A stretch of DNA of 41,344 nt from a virus. Lineage: Duplodnaviria > Caudoviricetes. The DNA is taken from the IMG/VR virus record IMGVR_UViG_3300021408_000013, positions 1 through 41,344 of that record; one strand, 5' to 3'. Below are positions 1 through 9,657 of this stretch, one piece after another. The notes below the pieces were generated by a model, which was not told the origin of the DNA, ran no database searches, and saw only the letters and a list, made by a program, of their open reading frames with translations. Each line of letters begins with the position of its first letter. Position 1 is the first letter of the stretch. The position numbers and the translations under genes were made by a program.

Positions 1-126
1 TCCTGAGGGTTTTGATACCAAAACACAGGGAATCCATCGGCATAGCATGGCGGCTCAAGAGTCGAAGCTCCTATATTCCCATTGATCATCGGAATCGTCT
101 GTAAATCCACAGGTAATGGATCAGGC
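1..126. repeat. Terminal direct repeat, copy 1 (circular assembly overlap)
   Basis: 1-126 is identical to 41209-41334, and a CDS reads through the join in frame. Confidence 0.95.
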
Positions 127-320
127 GAAACGAGTGGGTCTAAAATGAACTCATACCAAGTCTTGTTCTTAAAGATGCGGATATCCTGGGTAGACTGGAG
201 TTGGATGAAATCCTGCAAAAACTGAAGCATGATTGCGTCAGTAAATTGAGGGTCAGAGGCATCCACTCTACCCGTGACATTCCGTAAGATTAATATTAGA
301 TCTGCCGCTGACTTAGCCAT
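1..320 (-). CDS. 5' part of a putative head-tail adaptor (tail tubular A-like), continuing at 41208-40869; 219 aa in total
   Basis: ATG at 320 with GGAGG RBS; MAKSAADLILILRNVTGRVDASDPQFTD... is open to base 1 and joins the 40869 ORF in frame (660 nt); lies between head genes and nozzle. Confidence 0.75.
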   Translation of the reverse strand, partial: MAKSAADLILILRNVTGRVDASDPQFTDAIMLQFLQDFIQLQSTQDIRIFKNKTWYEFILDPLVSPDPLPVDLQTIPMINGNIGASTLEPPCYADGFPVFWYQNPQ

Positions 321-329
321 ATGCCTCCG

Positions 330-794
330 TTAGGAAATTTCCATTAAGTGGCAGGAGAATCTGTTTCTCTCTCCAACTTGCTTTGTCTCTGTCTTAACTT
401 CGCCACCGTTCTCTACTTTCACTTCCGCGAAGATAGGCACAGCTAGACGATTCAAGAATCTGATTACAGGCAACGGAAGCTCATAAGTGCATCCAGGTTT
501 AAGTTGACCTTTCCAGTGAATTTCACTGTTTCGAACGCATACTTTCAAAACGTTTTCTGGTTGGTCAAAGCGCTGGAATTTCACCTTCAATTTCTTATGA
601 AACTCTTCGCCTGGGACTTTAACTGGAATTGGTGGGTCACAACGCGGATTATGCTTTTTGGCCTCTCTGAACGCTCTATGTGCATGGAGATTCCAAAGGC
701 GGTAATCTTCTATCGTGTTAAATTCATGGGTATCAAAATCGAATGGTTTTTCCATTTCGATTTTCTCTTCTTTTGTTTCAACTTTCTTGCTCAT
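330..794 (-). CDS. Hypothetical protein in the virion module
   Basis: 154 aa ORF with GAGG RBS, co-oriented with the structural operon. Confidence 0.7.
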   Translation of the reverse strand: MSKKVETKEEKIEMEKPFDFDTHEFNTIEDYRLWNLHAHRAFREAKKHNPRCDPPIPVKVPGEEFHKKLKVKFQRFDQPENVLKVCVRNSEIHWKGQLKPGCTYELPLPVIRFLNRLAVPIFAEVKVENGGEVKTETKQVGERNRFSCHLMEIS

Positions 795-813
795 TTTTCC
801 TCTAGTTTTTAAG

Positions 814-840
814 AGGATGGGGACATAGCGTCCCCACCCT
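814..840 (-). terminator. GC-rich hairpin after the MCP and decoration genes (weak terminator or mRNA stabiliser)
   Basis: Minus strand AGGGTGGGGAC-GCTAT-GTCCCCATCCT, 11-bp stem with one G-U pair, short U tail. Confidence 0.55.
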
Positions 841-845
841 TTGGG

Positions 846-1616
846 TTACGCTACGTCACCGCGATTGACGTAATCATTGAACTGCCATGCAGTGAAGTAG
901 ATAACGTCGTTATCTGCTCCCATGATGGATGTGCCCAATGTCAATTGGACTAATGGTGGATAGTCGATGATCGCTCTATGCTGGACAGCAGGGCTGACCG
1001 GCTGATTGACATCGCCTAACAATGGCCCAATCTTAGTGACTTGGCCGCTGGAGGTATAAGCTCCGACGACCGTGATTGGGATGCCATAAACGTCGTACAA
1101 CGCAAAAGTAGTGGCCGAAAGAACTCGGACTACATATGTGTTGTTGTTCAACTGAGCTGCTGCTGTGCCGATAATCTTGGTGAGAACGACTCGGTCGTAA
1201 TCAGAAAGATTATGGTTAGTAGAAGTCGTGACGACGCCAGGAGTAGCACCTGAGCCGGTAATGCCTGTGATTACCAGATGCTCATTGGTGAATCCACCAG
1301 CAACTGTGGCATTTGTGATGCCATTAGTCGTTTCGAGGAGTAAGCTTGTATTTCCGGTCGAGCCGTTATCGGCAATCGAACGTAGAATCAAAGAATCTCC
1401 GGCAGGGAAATCTCTAAACCAAACGCCTTGGCCTAAAGTTCCTGCTGTTCCGAACGCGGTGTAACGGAACCAATCAAACCTATCAGGTAAGAATGGTAGC
1501 GTTAAATTGTAGGCGGCTCCTCCAGATTGAAGGTATCCGCCGTAGCTATTCGTCACTTGGCTTTGCTCGCGCTGACCTGTGAATCGGTTAGCTGTATTTC
1601 CTAATGGTGCAGTCAT
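846..1616 (-). CDS. Putative capsid decoration / minor capsid protein with an E1-FCCH-like beta domain
   Basis: Directly after the MCP with strong AAGGAGG RBS; contains ITGIT...VVTTSTNHNL...QLNNNTYVVRVLSATTFAL...AYTSSG. Confidence 0.65.
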   Translation of the reverse strand: MTAPLGNTANRFTGQREQSQVTNSYGGYLQSGGAAYNLTLPFLPDRFDWFRYTAFGTAGTLGQGVWFRDFPAGDSLILRSIADNGSTGNTSLLLETTNGITNATVAGGFTNEHLVITGITGSGATPGVVTTSTNHNLSDYDRVVLTKIIGTAAAQLNNNTYVVRVLSATTFALYDVYGIPITVVGAYTSSGQVTKIGPLLGDVNQPVSPAVQHRAIIDYPPLVQLTLGTSIMGADNDVIYFTAWQFNDYVNRGDVA

Positions 1617-1634
1617 ATAAATTCCTCCTTTTTA

Positions 1635-2579
1635 TTAACCTTTAGTGCTTCGTAATGCCACGCACCAGCTATCGTCGAGGATTACGGACCCTAGACGACC
1701 CTTCCAGCCCATAGTCTGGCGCTGGTTAAGTGGATCCTGTCCAGCTCCCAACGGCTTTATGATCATTTCCATAGACTGATCGTCGATGGTGATACGGCCG
1801 TAAGCGTTAGCAGCAAACAGAAGGTTGTAATAAACAGCAGGAACTACTGACACGTCTTTATAGGCCTCAGATGTCTTCACGAGGCGAACTTCGTCGCATG
1901 AGCCATACTCAGCTTCAAGCACAGACTGTTGTCGGGGATAATCCGCAGTCGGCAGGAAGTTGGAGAGGTTTTTAAAGTCCGTACGTAGGTCTGTGGAGAT
2001 GATCATCCAGTAAGCAGCCCATACAGGAGCGGTTCCAAAGGCGTTTGTTCCTTCCTGATTAGGGGAAAGTTTTTTGCCGTTGTTGCCTTCCAAGTAGTCT
2101 ACAGCTAATTCTAAGTCTGTAGTTGTGACTTCAGTGATCGCATTTCCATTGACGCCGTTTAAGCAGTCAATTTGTGCGGCTGTAGCCACAAGCATGTTAC
2201 GAACGATTTTGTCGTAGGTAGACGCCATGTTCTGTGCAAGCATGTCTGCAACTTCGTTTGCAGTTTGGTCTTGAACAGTGATTATAACGTCATCTGATAG
2301 CTCAACCACTTTGCCGTATTGGGATACGACGGCAGTGATGTCGAACTTGGTAACTTGCTCAGAAGCAGGTGTAACACCCTCAGTAAGAGGAGTTAACGCG
2401 TCAGCAAGGTTGTCAAATCTACGGAAGATAGCAGTCTTACTATTCTTCTGAGGAATTCTACGCTCTTGCGCAAAATACCCGTGGACGTAGTAAGGCTGGT
2501 GTCTGTCCAGCAATATGTTGTCGAAGAACAAGTTGACTTCTGGGTCCACTTGTACTGTCGTTGTTGTTCCATTAGCCAT
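1635..2579 (-). CDS. Major capsid protein, N4-gp56 family
   Basis: Motifs IPQKNSKTAIFRRF, PLTEGVTP, QYG, DPLNQRQTMGWK, ILDDSW; follows scaffold; AGGAG RBS. Confidence 0.93.
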   Translation of the reverse strand: MANGTTTTVQVDPEVNLFFDNILLDRHQPYYVHGYFAQERRIPQKNSKTAIFRRFDNLADALTPLTEGVTPASEQVTKFDITAVVSQYGKVVELSDDVIITVQDQTANEVADMLAQNMASTYDKIVRNMLVATAAQIDCLNGVNGNAITEVTTTDLELAVDYLEGNNGKKLSPNQEGTNAFGTAPVWAAYWMIISTDLRTDFKNLSNFLPTADYPRQQSVLEAEYGSCDEVRLVKTSEAYKDVSVVPAVYYNLLFAANAYGRITIDDQSMEMIIKPLGAGQDPLNQRQTMGWKGRLGSVILDDSWCVALRSTKG

Positions 2580-2591
2580 TTTTATCTCCTG

Positions 2592-2647
2592 GTCAAAAAA
2601 TGTTTTGACACTAGAGACAAAAAAATTTTAACGTCTTTTGTCTCTAG
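2592..2647 (-). promoter_or_regulatory. Two hairpins in the scaffold-MCP intergenic leader
   Basis: CTAGAGACAAAA (2611-2622) pairs with TTTTGTCTCTAG (2636-2647); GTCAAAA pairs with TTTTGAC (2592-2609). Confidence 0.55.
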
Positions 2648-3315
2648 GCTTCGCCTCGGAGGACTTTCTGACGGTATTCACGGAACTCTTTTTTACCCTG
2701 GATGCTCTTCAGATATTCAGTTCCTTCAGGCCTTGCAGACTTTCCTACTTCCGTAGGTGATCTAGGCTTTTGGGAGTTCTCAATAATCCTTTTCCCATCC
2801 ATATTGCTGGATGACGCTCTACCTGCTGGCTTTTCTTCCACTAGGTGAAGGTAATCCTGAACAATCTCATACGCTCTCGCGTATCTATTCTGAGCTGTGT
2901 CTACCGATGAAGCCAACCAAGGCTTTTTTTCTAAAATCGGTTTCAAATACTTGTTAATTTTTTGAACAGCCTCAGGATTCATATCTTGATAGAGAGTCTC
3001 TAGGATATCTCGCTTAGTGTGAGCAGTTGTTTCTTGAAGGTCTTTCCGTTCCACAATTGCTCGTGGATCTTCTTCTTCTTCAGGTTCCTGCTTAGCAGCT
3101 TGCATTTTATTAATGTAAGCCTCTAACATCTGAGCCTTCGCTTCAGCCTTATCGGCTCTCGAAGACTCTTCTTGAGATTTCTTCCTAGTCGCAATCATCG
3201 CAGAAAGAGGAACAGTCTTCTGTTCGTCTACTTGATCTTCCTGAGAATCACCGATTGGCTGCTCGGAGACAGCGGCCGCTTGGTCTTGTTCTTCTACTTG
3301 GTCATGTTCACTCAT
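2644..3315 (-). CDS. Capsid scaffolding protein
   Basis: Acidic, helical 223 aa protein with a TVPL motif, immediately upstream of the MCP. Confidence 0.8.
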   Translation of the reverse strand: MSEHDQVEEQDQAAAVSEQPIGDSQEDQVDEQKTVPLSAMIATRKKSQEESSRADKAEAKAQMLEAYINKMQAAKQEPEEEEDPRAIVERKDLQETTAHTKRDILETLYQDMNPEAVQKINKYLKPILEKKPWLASSVDTAQNRYARAYEIVQDYLHLVEEKPAGRASSSNMDGKRIIENSQKPRSPTEVGKSARPEGTEYLKSIQGKKEFREYRQKVLRGEA

Positions 3316-3332
3316 TTACAACTCCCGTTGGT

Positions 3333-3386
3333 TACGCCCGTACACCGGCGACGTGTTTTTGATTACTCGCCCGTTGAGCCGGCGAC
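3333..3386 (-). promoter_or_regulatory. Tandem GTCGCCGG-N-ACGGGCG hairpin motifs in the scaffold leader
   Basis: Two similar 20-nt units at 3333-3352 and 3367-3386, each with a CGCC/GGCG stem. Confidence 0.55.
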
Positions 3387-3722
3387 ACTGATGGTTTTTC
3401 CTATACTTGGCATGCTGAGTTTGTTGTTAGGGTGCATGACCCATAGCAACTCTCTGGTTCCCTTTGTATTGTCCACCTCATACAAATAGGCTTCCTTCAT
3501 GACTTCTGGTTGGACATCATAAGCCTTTAAAAAAGGACGAATGGTTGTCTTTCCGTTTTTCCGCTTACACTTAGCCATGCCGAGAATCCAATATTTTTTC
3601 TTATGGCTATTCTCTTTCATGAGCTTATCCATAAGGTTTAGATGACGATCCGCCAAGCGCTGTCTCGCAGCGATGTGGATATCACCAATAGAGGGTTCTT
3701 TACGGATGGCTTCGTTTAGCAT
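3363..3722 (-). CDS. Hypothetical protein between portal and scaffold
   Basis: 119 aa ORF, translationally coupled within the head operon. Confidence 0.65.
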   Translation of the reverse strand: MLNEAIRKEPSIGDIHIAARQRLADRHLNLMDKLMKENSHKKKYWILGMAKCKRKNGKTTIRPFLKAYDVQPEVMKEAYLYEVDNTKGTRELLWVMHPNNKLSMPSIGKTISVAGSTGE

Positions 3723-3985
3723 GCTTGGCCTCTCAAACTTTCTTTTTTAGCCTGAGCGTCTTTGCTTGCCATTGCTTTCATCCTGTCTGAGTTACCGTAG
3801 CCAGCCCCAATTTGGGATCCTTTTTCGGGAACAGACATTGGATTACCTTTTGTAGAATACTCGCCTTTAGCTGCGCGTCCTGCGCTGCCAGAAGGTGGCT
3901 TATAGCCAGGAGATTCCTGACCGCCGTAAGTACTCATGTTGGGCATCATCTTGTTAGAAGATGCAACTCCTTTCATCTTAGCCAT
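3716..3985 (-). CDS. Small basic, low-complexity head-module protein
   Basis: 89 aa, G/S/K/M-rich, AGGAG RBS, directly after the portal gene. Confidence 0.65.
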   Translation of the reverse strand: MAKMKGVASSNKMMPNMSTYGGQESPGYKPPSGSAGRAAKGEYSTKGNPMSVPEKGSQIGAGYGNSDRMKAMASKDAQAKKESLRGQAC

Positions 3986-3986
3986 A

Positions 3987-6047
3987 TTAAACTCCTGTAG
4001 TTATTGGGCTTTTCGCTTTCTGGGCATCCTGAGTTAACTTTTTCTCTGTCAACGCAGCTTGTTTTTGGCTGATATCAGCAGCCAAAGTCATGACATCCAG
4101 TAAACGCTTGCGATCCATGTCCTTGATTTCAGTGACAGTTTTTGCATTATCAAGGAGGGCTTTGGCATAGTTCTGTTCTCCTTCGGAGATTCTCTCTCTA
4201 GCCAATCCGATATCCGCAAGGACTCTAGCTCTACGCTCTTCAGCCAATGCGGTATTTTGATCAATTTGTGACATCTCAAGAGCTTTCTGGATTTGATCTG
4301 CTTCATCCATTTTCTGCTGCTGTTGTTGCTGTTGTTCAGCGCGCTCAGCCATTTTCTCAATGAGTTCAGTTTTACCTTGGAGAGGAGCGGCTTCCATGAT
4401 GTCTTCCCAAGGAATAGGCGCTCCAAGAGAGACGAGTTGAAGGAGTTGATAGTAGTAAGCTTCTCTCTGAGTTGTTGTCTTAACAGCTTGTTTGATGGCA
4501 CAGTCGTATTCGCCGAATTGTCCGGAGAAGAATTCTTCTGTAGGCTCTTTATTCGTTATTCTATGGATCTTCCCTGGCTGATAGTTCTTCTGTATGCACT
4601 CAAGGACGAGCATCCCAACGTATTTCTTTGTCTGTTCAAGGTTATCAAAAATACCGCGGTTACCTTTAAGGCCATTGCTAGATCGAACTTCTGCGAGTTT
4701 TCCCGAAACCTGACTATCACCAGTTGAAGACAACCCAAGCAATTCATCGGAAGCGCCAGGGATTTCCATGATGTTTTTGTCGATGATGTCTTGGTACTGC
4801 AAGTATCCTGGAGGGATGTTCGGTGGTGATATCTCTCTAACGTCCGCATTGACGTCGTATCCATCGTTGACCACAATTTGTCGTCCCTGACCGGCTTGCA
4901 TAAGCATGGTGGGATCCAAAACTGCCCCATTCTTGGTGATCCACCCCGTGTTAATGATGGATTCCATGAGGTCAATGATCTGGCTGTGGCGACGATTGTA
5001 CTGGCGCTGAGCATCGCGTATTGAACGCACAATGCCTTGAATCTTAAGCTCATACGTATCAATTAGTGGTTCGTGGTAAAGGAGCACCGGCATGAATGGA
5101 AAATTATCCAAGCCAGTCGGATCTGGTCCGCTATAGAGTAATTTGCCTCCAACGATGATGTTAAGCTCAACTGTCCGTTTATGGGATGTGATTAACTTCA
5201 CTTGTGGAGTATTAAGAAGGTCTTTCTTAAGTTCTTTCTCTTCTGCTCTAGTACCAAACCATTCTTCTGAAACGCCTGTTTCTTCATCGACAAGGTACTT
5301 TTGAGCCTTATTTATTCTTTTCCAGTATTGGTCATAAGTGACCAAATTCTTAGCAATGTAAGTAGAATTATACTGACGATAGATCCCTAAATATTGATAT
5401 TTGTTGTCTCTGATACCCGTAGGGATCATATCTATCTCTTCCGGATCAATCCACGGAAGCATAGATTTAACTTGTTCTTTCGAGAGAAGATCTCTCGTAG
5501 ATGCCTGGTCACAGTCGCTGAGATCCCTTTTTGTGAAATAAGGGTCTAACATTAGTGCGTTGAAAGGTTTCCAGTAAAATTTGATATCACCGTTGACCTT
5601 ATCTTTCGAGTAGTCCATGTAGATGCCGACGATCGCCAACCCCGTCTTAAGCGCATGCTCAAAGGCTTCTGAGAAGATATAATCTGCATTTCCTTTGTCG
5701 TAGACGTAGTACATAACATTTGAGAAAAGATCTGCCGTGATTTCATCTGACCCCTCAACAGGAGCGGTGACCGTTTGCGTCCTGTTTTCCCTTTCATATC
5801 CGGAGTATAGGTTAACCACTCTTCGGATCTTGTTAAGTTCGAGGACCATACGATTCTGTCTTTCCAGCTTAGTTCTCTCAAGATTCGTCCAGTTATCTCC
5901 CGCGTATGCGCGCAAATCTCGATAAGCTTGGGCATAGAAAACTCCCCATGTACGATATGCGTCGTAGAAGAACTGCTGCCACTGAAAGACTTTATTGTTG
6001 TGGTCTAGCGTGTAGTTGCTTGTTCCGTCTGCTTGAAATGCGTACAT
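3987..6047 (-). CDS. Portal protein (P22-like)
   Basis: 686 aa; LELNKIRRVVN, DPYF..DLSD, GIVRSIRDAQRQYN motifs; C-terminal coiled coil; downstream of TerL. Confidence 0.92.
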   Translation of the reverse strand: MYAFQADGTSNYTLDHNNKVFQWQQFFYDAYRTWGVFYAQAYRDLRAYAGDNWTNLERTKLERQNRMVLELNKIRRVVNLYSGYERENRTQTVTAPVEGSDEITADLFSNVMYYVYDKGNADYIFSEAFEHALKTGLAIVGIYMDYSKDKVNGDIKFYWKPFNALMLDPYFTKRDLSDCDQASTRDLLSKEQVKSMLPWIDPEEIDMIPTGIRDNKYQYLGIYRQYNSTYIAKNLVTYDQYWKRINKAQKYLVDEETGVSEEWFGTRAEEKELKKDLLNTPQVKLITSHKRTVELNIIVGGKLLYSGPDPTGLDNFPFMPVLLYHEPLIDTYELKIQGIVRSIRDAQRQYNRRHSQIIDLMESIINTGWITKNGAVLDPTMLMQAGQGRQIVVNDGYDVNADVREISPPNIPPGYLQYQDIIDKNIMEIPGASDELLGLSSTGDSQVSGKLAEVRSSNGLKGNRGIFDNLEQTKKYVGMLVLECIQKNYQPGKIHRITNKEPTEEFFSGQFGEYDCAIKQAVKTTTQREAYYYQLLQLVSLGAPIPWEDIMEAAPLQGKTELIEKMAERAEQQQQQQQKMDEADQIQKALEMSQIDQNTALAEERRARVLADIGLARERISEGEQNYAKALLDNAKTVTEIKDMDRKRLLDVMTLAADISQKQAALTEKKLTQDAQKAKSPITTGV

Positions 6048-6242
6048 CTATTCCTTGATCTGTTCTTTAGAAATTTTTAAATCCATTCTTATGAATTCCA
6101 TATCTCTTCCAATCCACATTTGGCTTCCGTAGTAAATCGGTTCATTAACCAAGTTTTTAAAGTAATCACTGTCATCTTTGATTTTTTCGATCATTTGATA
6201 GAGCTGAATCAGCACACTCTCTCTAAAAATCTCAATGTCCAT
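6048..6242 (-). CDS. Hypothetical protein
   Basis: 64 aa ORF filling the gap in the terL-portal operon. Confidence 0.5.
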   Translation of the reverse strand: MDIEIFRESVLIQLYQMIEKIKDDSDYFKNLVNEPIYYGSQMWIGRDMEFIRMDLKISKEQIKE

Positions 6243-6259
6243 GACTATCCTTCAAATAA

Positions 6260-6484
6260 TTACTTGTCATCTGTGGCAAATTTTTTTTGGTGCTCACCAC
6301 ACCACCAATCGTCTTCTACAATCGGAAAACCTGAAGTAGTTCCGTCAATCCGTCTGGGAGGGAATCTTCTACAAACCCCAAAAGTGCGTTCGTAAGTAAT
6401 TCCATCCATTTCATAATCATCTGTGGAGTAGAATTTGCAGGTATTACACTGCGCTAAATCCACTCTTTCCTCATCCGTTTCCAT
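6260..6484 (-). CDS. Small Cys-rich putative metal-binding protein
   Basis: CxxC, CRRFPP and WCGEH motifs typical of a small phage protein family. Confidence 0.6.
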   Translation of the reverse strand: METDEERVDLAQCNTCKFYSTDDYEMDGITYERTFGVCRRFPPRRIDGTTSGFPIVEDDWWCGEHQKKFATDDK

Positions 6485-7944
6485 TCTTCTGCCGACATCC
6501 CTGACCCACCTACGAGCCTTTGTATTGCTTCAGCTCCGTAGATTAAAGCTTTGGCTCCGTGAGAAGCCCAGTCGTGATAGCTTCGCTCTCGGTAGCATCC
6601 GAGCTTTTCGTTCCATTCCTTTCGGAAGTTTTCGATGCACTTGATTCCTTTTTCGCACTTGTTGTAGTCGAAGAAGAATCTTGGCAGGCAGTTTCTGAGG
6701 CATTCGATTCCGAAAATCTCATTGGACTGTCTGGGCACGATGTCAACTTTGAGTCCTTGATCCCTTGCAATGTCGGCAAAGGACTTGCCTGATCCCTTTT
6801 CTCTCGCTGCCGCGTCATGCGGTAGAAAGTGCTTCTCATATATGTATGGCTTGCTTTTAAGCCATTTGACATAATGTGCCAGGGCTTCATCGCTATTCTC
6901 GTAATAGTCGATGCAATGTATTTCCTTCCCGATGAGCTGCCACACCCATATCGCACATGCGTCCCCAATACCGATATCCCAGCTTGTATACGTTTTAGCG
7001 TTGTCATCATAAGGGAGATGGCAAATACGCTTTTCATGGCGAGCTTGGCTAATCTGTTTCGCAAAGTAAAATCCTTCGTTTGCAGATTCGAAAGCTTCTT
7101 CCGGCGTAGAGGGGAATTCCCTCTTCATGTATTCGCCCATCGTCAGCATTTTTTTCTGATACCACGCTTTCTGCTCTGGTTTTAAAATAATTTGTTTACT
7201 TTCTAATTCCTCAAAATACTTCTCCATGTCTTTACTTATCAAGACATTTTTTGAATCTATGACATAATCTGGATGTTTCCACCAAGGAAAGAACCAAAGT
7301 TTCCAATCCAGCTTGCCTAACTCTTTGTTTGCATCCTGTAAAGCTTGGGCTTCTTTGCACAGATTAAAGAAATGACCCTCGCGGCCCCTTGCGGTTGACT
7401 CGATGCAAACAAACTGTCCGGCCTGTACCGCATTGAGTGCGCCAGAGACGATCTCATTGGCTTTAGAAGGATTCTCCTGACATATCTTGGCAAACTCGGT
7501 AATGTGCAAAAGTTGTAAAGTTCCACCTCTAAGAGACGTTGCGACACGGAAGACCGAGCCATTGGCAAAGCGCATTTCATGCACGTTATCTCGATACGCA
7601 GGGCACATGTCTCTAACGAATTGGGGCAAATTGTCATATGCGAATTTAACCTTATCAATAAATATTTCTCTTGCAATTGGTTTACTATCTGCAACTATCG
7701 CGCAATTAACGTTGTGGTTAAATAAACAAGTATCCAAAAATAGTATTGCATGATAAGTCGTAATTCCAAGCTGTCTAGCTTTTAAAATAATATTAAGATA
7801 ATGAGGGTTCTTTAAAGCGTCTTGTGCCCAGTTGGGTTCGAAGTCAACAATCATCCCTTGCTTATCTTTGATTTTATAAAGATTACGAAGCCTCCACTCT
7901 TTGTCGCCTAAGATTCGAAGTGCTTCATCATGAGTCGCCAGCAT
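6454..7944 (-). CDS. terL: Terminase large subunit
   Basis: ILKARQLGITT Walker A variant, LHITE Walker B, ESTA coupling motif, WDIGIGD nuclease motif, HDWASHGA. Confidence 0.95.
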   Translation of the reverse strand: MLATHDEALRILGDKEWRLRNLYKIKDKQGMIVDFEPNWAQDALKNPHYLNIILKARQLGITTYHAILFLDTCLFNHNVNCAIVADSKPIAREIFIDKVKFAYDNLPQFVRDMCPAYRDNVHEMRFANGSVFRVATSLRGGTLQLLHITEFAKICQENPSKANEIVSGALNAVQAGQFVCIESTARGREGHFFNLCKEAQALQDANKELGKLDWKLWFFPWWKHPDYVIDSKNVLISKDMEKYFEELESKQIILKPEQKAWYQKKMLTMGEYMKREFPSTPEEAFESANEGFYFAKQISQARHEKRICHLPYDDNAKTYTSWDIGIGDACAIWVWQLIGKEIHCIDYYENSDEALAHYVKWLKSKPYIYEKHFLPHDAAAREKGSGKSFADIARDQGLKVDIVPRQSNEIFGIECLRNCLPRFFFDYNKCEKGIKCIENFRKEWNEKLGCYRERSYHDWASHGAKALIYGAEAIQRLVGGSGMSAEEWKRMRKEWI

Positions 7945-8074
7945 TTAGTAATTTCCTCATAAGCGCCTTTGTGATGTATAGTCTTTTTTTTAACACTTAA
8001 AGAAAATACTTTACACAACAATTTTCTTTATTAATAAACAAGACTTTGATAAGATAACGCGCGAGAGGTGACAC

Positions 8075-8557
8075 ATGAAGATTCAAGTAGACCGTACAAA
8101 CACGCCTGAGGGCGATCTAGTTTTTACAATCACTGTAAAAGAACCGCATCATGCTTGTTTTGATGAAGTTGAAAAAAACCTTATGGGTGTATTGGATTTC
8201 TGTAAAAAAGGCATAGAAGACCTTTCGCCAGAAGATAATAATCTTAGACAAGACGTGGTTTCTCTGATTCATTTGGCTAAAGAAAAAACCTTCAATCGGG
8301 TGTTAAATAGCCTAAAATTTGCAATAAAAGAGCAATTAGAGCCTAAATTCCAGCCAATCTGCCAAGAGATCTTTAACTGGATTCATGATCAGCAAAAGGA
8401 TGTTTTGAAGAATTGGATGAACGAATTCAATACTGAAAGAACGAAATATTACTTCGACAATGATGCGAAGAATAATCAATACTGCCGAGGTCCTTCGACT
8501 ATTGCGGATGACAAGGTTGACGAAGACGACGATGAAGATGAGGATGACGAAGAATGA
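8075..8557 (+). CDS. Hypothetical protein with an acidic tail
   Basis: GAGG RBS; first gene of a plus-strand coupled cluster. Confidence 0.7.
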   Translation: MKIQVDRTNTPEGDLVFTITVKEPHHACFDEVEKNLMGVLDFCKKGIEDLSPEDNNLRQDVVSLIHLAKEKTFNRVLNSLKFAIKEQLEPKFQPICQEIFNWIHDQQKDVLKNWMNEFNTERTKYYFDNDAKNNQYCRGPSTIADDKVDEDDDEDEDDEE

Positions 8558-8790
8558 TAAAAGCGATGCACTACCTGGCAGGAGCCTTATTAATATTAGG
8601 TTTTGCTTATAAAATAGATACATGTGTGAATGTTGCTGCTGGGTTGCTGCTAGGCTTCGGCACTGGCTCGTGGATTCAATACAACTTCGAAACCGCAGCT
8701 CGTCAGAAAGAGATTGCTGAGCTTTCCGAGCTGATCCATCGTTATCTCAAGTCAAAAACCTATGATCCTAACATTCCGGATAGCAAATGA
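8554..8790 (+). CDS. Small membrane protein (two hydrophobic segments)
   Basis: ATGA overlap with the upstream gene; hydrophobic N-terminal half. Confidence 0.6.
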   Translation: MIKAMHYLAGALLILGFAYKIDTCVNVAAGLLLGFGTGSWIQYNFETAARQKEIAELSELIHRYLKSKTYDPNIPDSK

Positions 8791-9041
8791 TTAATGATCT
8801 CACTGGATGGTATAAATTCGTTAATGAAACCCCAAAGTATGGTTCTTATGTTGTTGTTTTTAGAAATAAAAGAAACAAATACATGATCGCTAAACTTGTT
8901 AAATTAACAGCAGATGATGGTGGTGATAAAATTGAGTGGGTAACAGAGCATGGAAATGTTCATTGTCCAGATTGGGAAGATTTATGGTTTCCTTTTCCTA
9001 ACTTAAAAGTTGAGAAAGGAATCACCATAGATGATAGTTGA
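8787..9041 (+). CDS. Hypothetical protein (DUF551-like W...P pattern)
   Basis: WYKFVNETP...LWFPFP; ATGA coupling. Confidence 0.55.
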   Translation: MINDLTGWYKFVNETPKYGSYVVVFRNKRNKYMIAKLVKLTADDGGDKIEWVTEHGNVHCPDWEDLWFPFPNLKVEKGITIDDS

Positions 9042-9657
9042 TTGCATCTCAGACCTTCACGGTTTCAAACCTTCACTTCCAGGTGGCGATCTTTTAATCG
9101 TCGCCGGCGATCTCACCGCTCGTGATATGGTTACCGAGCATCTAGGATTTTCGGGATGGCTATGCAATCAACCGTACGATAAAATCGTACTGATCGCAGG
9201 CAACCATGATGGAAAGATGACTGACTGGAAACCTATGGAGCAAGACAATCTCAGCTATCTTCAAGATTCTGGTGTGGAATACAAAGGTTTAAAGATATGG
9301 GGATCTCCCTGGACGCCCACTTTCTACGATTGGCATTTCATGAAAGATCGTGGAAATCCTATAAAAGTGATGTGGGATTTGATCCCAGACGATACCGAAA
9401 TTTTAGTCACTCATGGCCCTCCTTTTGGTATCCAAGATCAGGTGAAGTACTCAAGCAAAGCACAGGAAGGAAAGTTTGCTGGATGCGAAGAGTTACGAAA
9501 CGCCCTGGACCGTCTAAAAAAGCTCAAGCTTCACGTCTTCGGCCACGTTCATGAAGGCTATGGGAAAGTCATTGTTAATGGTGTCATACACGTCAATGCT
9601 GCTATCATGGATGAAGAATATCGCCCAGTCAACAAACCAATCAGAGTGGAAATATGA
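9031..9657 (+). CDS. Calcineurin-like metallophosphoesterase
   Basis: DLHG, AGD, GNHD, THGPP and GHVHE motifs. Confidence 0.92.
   Translation: MIVDCISDLHGFKPSLPGGDLLIVAGDLTARDMVTEHLGFSGWLCNQPYDKIVLIAGNHDGKMTDWKPMEQDNLSYLQDSGVEYKGLKIWGSPWTPTFYDWHFMKDRGNPIKVMWDLIPDDTEILVTHGPPFGIQDQVKYSSKAQEGKFAGCEELRNALDRLKKLKLHVFGHVHEGYGKVIVNGVIHVNAAIMDEEYRPVNKPIRVEI

Noticed and set aside
1-126. Terminal repeat as a biological direct terminal repeat
   Set aside because: It falls mid-gene and its length is typical of a k-mer overlap, so it is better read as an assembly circularity signal.
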